Assembly: GCA_964019335.1 (NCBI GenBank)
Contig: OZ025649.1
Span: forward strand, 936,810 to 1,000,809
Source of the DNA: Diplonema japonicum
Taxonomy: Eukaryota > Protista > Euglenozoa: Diplonemea
Length of the DNA stretch: 64,000 nucleotides
Reading direction: 5' to 3'
Made by a program: the position numbers and the translations under genes. The notes under the pieces are model-generated. The model worked only from the letters and a program-made list of their open reading frames with translations, was not told where the DNA came from and ran no database searches. Shown piece by piece: positions 60,708-64,000 of the stretch (the stretch's first letter is position 1; every line of letters begins with the position of its first letter).

Positions 60708-60838
60708 TTCTGTCTTCGATGTAACGAGCTCCTCTTCTGGCTGCAGATCTTTTGCGTCATTCATTCACTGACTCCTCTGATCTGCAGACTTCCTTCATAC
60801 ATTTGCTTATCTAAGAATACCATTTCAGGAACACTACA

Positions 60839-62047
60839 ATGTTGAAGGTGAGCAAGTGGGATCTTGTGTGTGATGCTGCTAGGCGTGCAGCGAAGGAGAA
60901 TAACTTGAGTTCAAAGATTGTGAATTCAGCAGTGCAATTGTCGGAGGAGGACCAGGTGAAGTTAATGCGCGAGAAGCGAGCAGATGTAGTGCCGTTAGAA
61001 GAAAGCGTGATGCGGTGGTTGGCCTATGTAAGACACAAGCACCCCACTCAGTGGCAGGAGAGGAGGATGGAGTTTGTAAGCAAGGTAGCGGGTACGTCGG
61101 TGTACACGAATTGTGCCGCGATGAAGAAGTTATGTGAGTATACCAACAGGGTGGACAACCTTGCTAAGTTGTATACTGGAATCGTGAATGAAACACCGAA
61201 GATATTCCCAGCTAGTCCCTCCCTCTTGCTACCGTACCCTGTGCAGCTGGTACTGCGGGAGCGCTTCTTCAAAAGAGTTACTATCAGATGCGTGCAACAC
61301 CTTCTTGTACACTCCAGGGAGAGTCAGCTACTCATATGCCAGAAGTTAAAAAACTACGCGGGCGAAGAAGAGCTTGTTCAGCATGCCATGGCCTTTGGGC
61401 AACGCAGGCATGAATGGATGTCGCCAACTGTGATAGAGTGCCTGATGCGAAGCGTAGGGACTGATCAGCTCCCATCGATGCATTATCTCAGTGAGTCCAC
61501 TTACGAGTGGCTCTCGTTGTTACCTGCCAACATCGTTATTGCAGGTTTTAGGCGATTGACGAACTACACAGGCAGCGTGAAGGACCATAACAAGCTATTG
61601 AGGGATTTGACAAAGGTAAGCAGCGGTCAAAAGAAGGCATCGAACACATGTGAGCAATTGCTCTCACACTACCCACCAGAAGAGGCTGCGGTTATCGAAA
61701 ACCGTGCGGCAACAGAATTCGCGAACGCCAATGCCCCAGTTCTGAGAGCAATCCGAGAATACCAGTCCCACCTTACAGCAAGAGTAAAAGCAGCACTCCG
61801 TGTTCTTCGCCACAACAAGTGCGTCACAATACCTAAGTCCCTATTGGACATGATGGCGGTGTATCCCCCGTGTGTTCTGGAGGAAGCTATTTCGCGTACG
61901 TCTGACTACGGTGGTGAGATTAAGCACATGCAGTCTTTCATGACAACGATCTTAGAGACTCTTTACAAGACAGAGCCAACACGAGGTAGGAGGAAGAGAA
62001 CAAAGAGAAGAGAGGGTCAGCATAAGAGAGTAAGTTGTAAAGTGTAG
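60839..62047 (+). CDS. Hypothetical helical protein, 402 aa, basic C-terminus
   Basis: Long intronless ORF; last gene of the co-oriented run. Confidence 0.7.
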   Translation: MLKVSKWDLVCDAARRAAKENNLSSKIVNSAVQLSEEDQVKLMREKRADVVPLEESVMRWLAYVRHKHPTQWQERRMEFVSKVAGTSVYTNCAAMKKLCEYTNRVDNLAKLYTGIVNETPKIFPASPSLLLPYPVQLVLRERFFKRVTIRCVQHLLVHSRESQLLICQKLKNYAGEEELVQHAMAFGQRRHEWMSPTVIECLMRSVGTDQLPSMHYLSESTYEWLSLLPANIVIAGFRRLTNYTGSVKDHNKLLRDLTKVSSGQKKASNTCEQLLSHYPPEEAAVIENRAATEFANANAPVLRAIREYQSHLTARVKAALRVLRHNKCVTIPKSLLDMMAVYPPCVLEEAISRTSDYGGEIKHMQSFMTTILETLYKTEPTRGRRKRTKRREGQHKRVSCKV

Positions 62048-63177
62048 GCTTACCCTGCCTTCTTGCATAGTGTCAAAAGAGGTAGCCTATGCCGACAATG
62101 AAAGGGAAGGGTATTCATTTGAAAGGGTATTTAACTTAGGTCGCTTTCTTTCCATTCTGTTATTTTCTTTGAGCATCTTTCTCTTTGCTTGTCTCCCGTG
62201 ATCGGCATTTTGTTATCGCTAAGTTACCGTGCCTCCTCTCGTGGCCTTGCAATTCAAGACCCGCAAACCCCGACTACGACCGATTATCAATAATATTACA
62301 CTTCGGTCACATTTTGTAAGCTGCAAGCATGAGGTACAGCGCAGGGTGCATTACCATTATTTCTGGGCCCGTAGGGCCGCTGTTTGCTTAGGAATGGCAT
62401 TTTAGAGGTCGAGAGGTGTAACAATGTGCAGGAGACGACACTAAATGTTTTACCCGGGTATATTAAGGCGTGGGGTTTTTGGGAGTGGGATTTGCCCTTG
62501 AGCATCGATCGCCTTTTATTTTTGCACTTGTGTATTTTGACCTATCTTGTTCAAGCTTAGATTGAACTATTTCGAAGTATTTTCCTCGCGTAAGGTTCGC
62601 CAATTTGAAATACCTTGAAGGGGGAGGGAATCAAGAAGTGAGAAGAAAGAAAGAATGAGACACACACGTGTTTGTGAATACCAAAGCTGAGTGGAAGTGG
62701 CAGGGAAGGAGACAAGAAGGCTGCGAGTGCTTTGTGTTCAGGTTGGGAGGGGAACATGGAGAAATTCAAGGGAGCGGGCTCATGGTGTTGTCCATGTGGT
62801 ACGGGCACAATGGCAGGGCCGAAGGGTAGTGTTGAAAAATCTTGAAAGGCTTGTGGTGCCAGATAAGGTGGTGAACATTGGGGGGCGGGACCTCCTTTCT
62901 GGTCTGTCATTGACATCGACTCCACAAGCCGCGGGATTCGGAGATGGCGTTGAGGGCTGTGGTGTCTCTGGGCTGCTGAAGACATATTTGCTTCTTCTTC
63001 CCACAACCTGCACTGCGAATCCGTACTTGGTGGCTTCATACCCCGACGCCCCCAGAAGCGGACTCCACGAAATGTCTCGTCGGTGCCCCTCCAACGGTCT
63101 GTTTTTTTTTTTTTTAGAGGTGCTGTTGACAGGCACCCCTCTCAACGGCATTGCGTTGGATTTTGTCAAGTGCTCGG

Positions 63178-63206
63178 CCCGCAAACCCGCAAACCCGCAA
63201 ACCCGC
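63178..63206. repeat. (CCCGCAAA)n octamer tandem repeat, about 3.6 copies
   Basis: cccgcaaacccgcaaacccgcaaacccgc followed by a T-tract. Confidence 0.9.
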
Positions 63207-63635
63207 TTTTTTTTTTCTTTTTTCTTTTGTGGTGATGTGTTTTTCCTGTTTTTGATTTTCTTCTTCCCCCGCTCTATGCTTTTTCGCATGGACATTGGTC
63301 ACTCTGCCCCTTTCCCCTTTTTTGATTCTCCCTCTTTCCCCCTCCTAAATTTTACCCCCTGCCCCACTCATTCCTCCCTAGTATGTTTTTGAATTTGCCT
63401 CTTCTTCTTTTAAGCCTTTTTTGAGATTTTTATTTTTGAATTTTTATCATTTGCTTCTTCTTCTTCCCCTCTCCCTCCAATAAAGAAAAAGAGAAACCCA
63501 TGCCTTCCTCCCAGGTTGGGGCTTGATTGTCTGTTTTGGAATATTTTTATTTTCTCTTAAGGTTTATCGTGCCTTGTGTGTCTTTTGAAGAAAAAAAAAA
63601 AAAAAAAAACATTCTCAAGTCCCCCTTTTTAAAAA

Positions 63636-63674
63636 AACCAACGATTCTAAAGCTACAGTTTCTGTACTTTATTG
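63636..63674 (+). ncRNA. Spliced-leader (SL) exon, 39 nt, diplonemid type; gene versus retrocopy status unresolved
   Basis: AACCAACGATTCTAAAGCTACAGTTTCTGTACTTTATTG: 39 nt, AAC(Y)AACG start, conserved ACAGTTTCTGTACT-TATTG end, followed by GT. Confidence 0.92.
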
Positions 63675-63973
63675 GTCGTCTGTGTTTTTGTTGGTGCCTG
63701 CTGCGTCCGCTCGGTGTCCGTTCGTCGTCGTCTGGGGAAAGGATCCCCTCCCCCCTCAACACAAAAAAAAAAAATAAAAATGGACCCTAGACGAAACGTC
63801 GTCGGAGACCGCCGCCCGCAGGAGGAACGCCTACGAGAGACGCCGACCAAGCCGACCACCCGACCAGACCGAAATCTGGCCGGGCAGTATGGCCCCTCCC
63901 CTCCCCTTAGATCCCCTCTAGATGTCGTCAAAAATAATAAAAAACATAAAAAAATAGAACCACCCGCAGCCAA

Positions 63974-64000
63974 CCCGCAAACCCGCAAACCCGCAAACCC
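63974..64000. repeat. (CCCGCAAA)n octamer tandem repeat running off the window end
   Basis: cccgcaaa x3 plus ccc, with a degenerate copy at 63963. Confidence 0.9.

Larger units (their letters stand above)
1..62047 (+). other. Directional (polycistronic) gene cluster
   Basis: All ~33 credible genes are on +. Most ATGs are preceded by a pyrimidine-rich tract and AG (trans-splice acceptor). Confidence 0.85.

Noticed and set aside
124-63988. Minus-strand ORFs, e.g. 4306-5373, 6898-7428, 6945-7442, 32089-32667
   Set aside because: Antisense shadows of + strand genes or of low-complexity repeats; no recognisable domains.
62557-63988. ORFs in the terminal region as genes or as an SL-targeting retrotransposon (CRE/SLACS type)
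   Set aside because: Homopolymer-driven translations with no RT, endonuclease or zinc-knuckle motifs; the SL exon is uninterrupted.
63974-64000. True telomere at the window end
   Set aside because: Wrong strand orientation for a right end, only about 3 copies visible, and the motif also occurs internally.
62050-64000. 5S rRNA or tRNA linked to the SL exon
   Set aside because: No 5S internal motifs or tRNA cloverleaf/T-loop found by eye on either strand.
1-64000. Prokaryotic origin, CRISPR array or non-standard genetic code
   Set aside because: Spliceosomal introns, eukaryote-specific genes and an SL exon are present; no regularly spaced repeats; TAA, TAG and TGA all act as terminators.

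Overview
Gene-dense nuclear DNA of a euglenozoan protist, almost certainly a diplonemid. Evidence: a 39-nt diplonemid-type spliced-leader (SL) exon at 63636-63674, a BILBO1-family gene, and about 33 protein genes all on the + strand across 62 kb with spacers as short as ~50 nt, as expected for a polycistronic, trans-spliced unit. Genes are split by many tiny GT-AG introns (mostly 30-45 nt, donor GTATGY, mostly phase 0), so the ORF track is fragmented; I rejoined exons by hand. Recognisable products: phosphonopyruvate decarboxylase (partial), WDR82-like, TRAPPC8, two MFS transporters, class-3 lipase, PPR protein, cyclophilin, TUTase, BBS10-like chaperonin, RPAP3, PDZ protein, histidine phosphatase, WD40, STIMATE-family, KH/zinc-finger protein, homoserine dehydrogenase, Kelch, TPR, BILBO1-like, ZC2HC1-like and METTL25-like. 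Most interesting: (1) a ~4,240-aa secreted protein whose LamG/pentraxin domains appear nested inside each other like Russian dolls, with PAN/Apple domains inserted inside them; (2) an SL exon followed by a non-standard downstream sequence and an A-tract (SL gene variant or SL-headed retrocopy); (3) predicted mitochondrial proteins: a catalytically dead SUV3 paralog, a heme-less peroxidase and a TUTase with an atypical nucleotide-recognition motif; (4) one long intron whose extra length folds into a hairpin, leaving a standard-sized intron. All family assignments come from motif recognition, not database searches.
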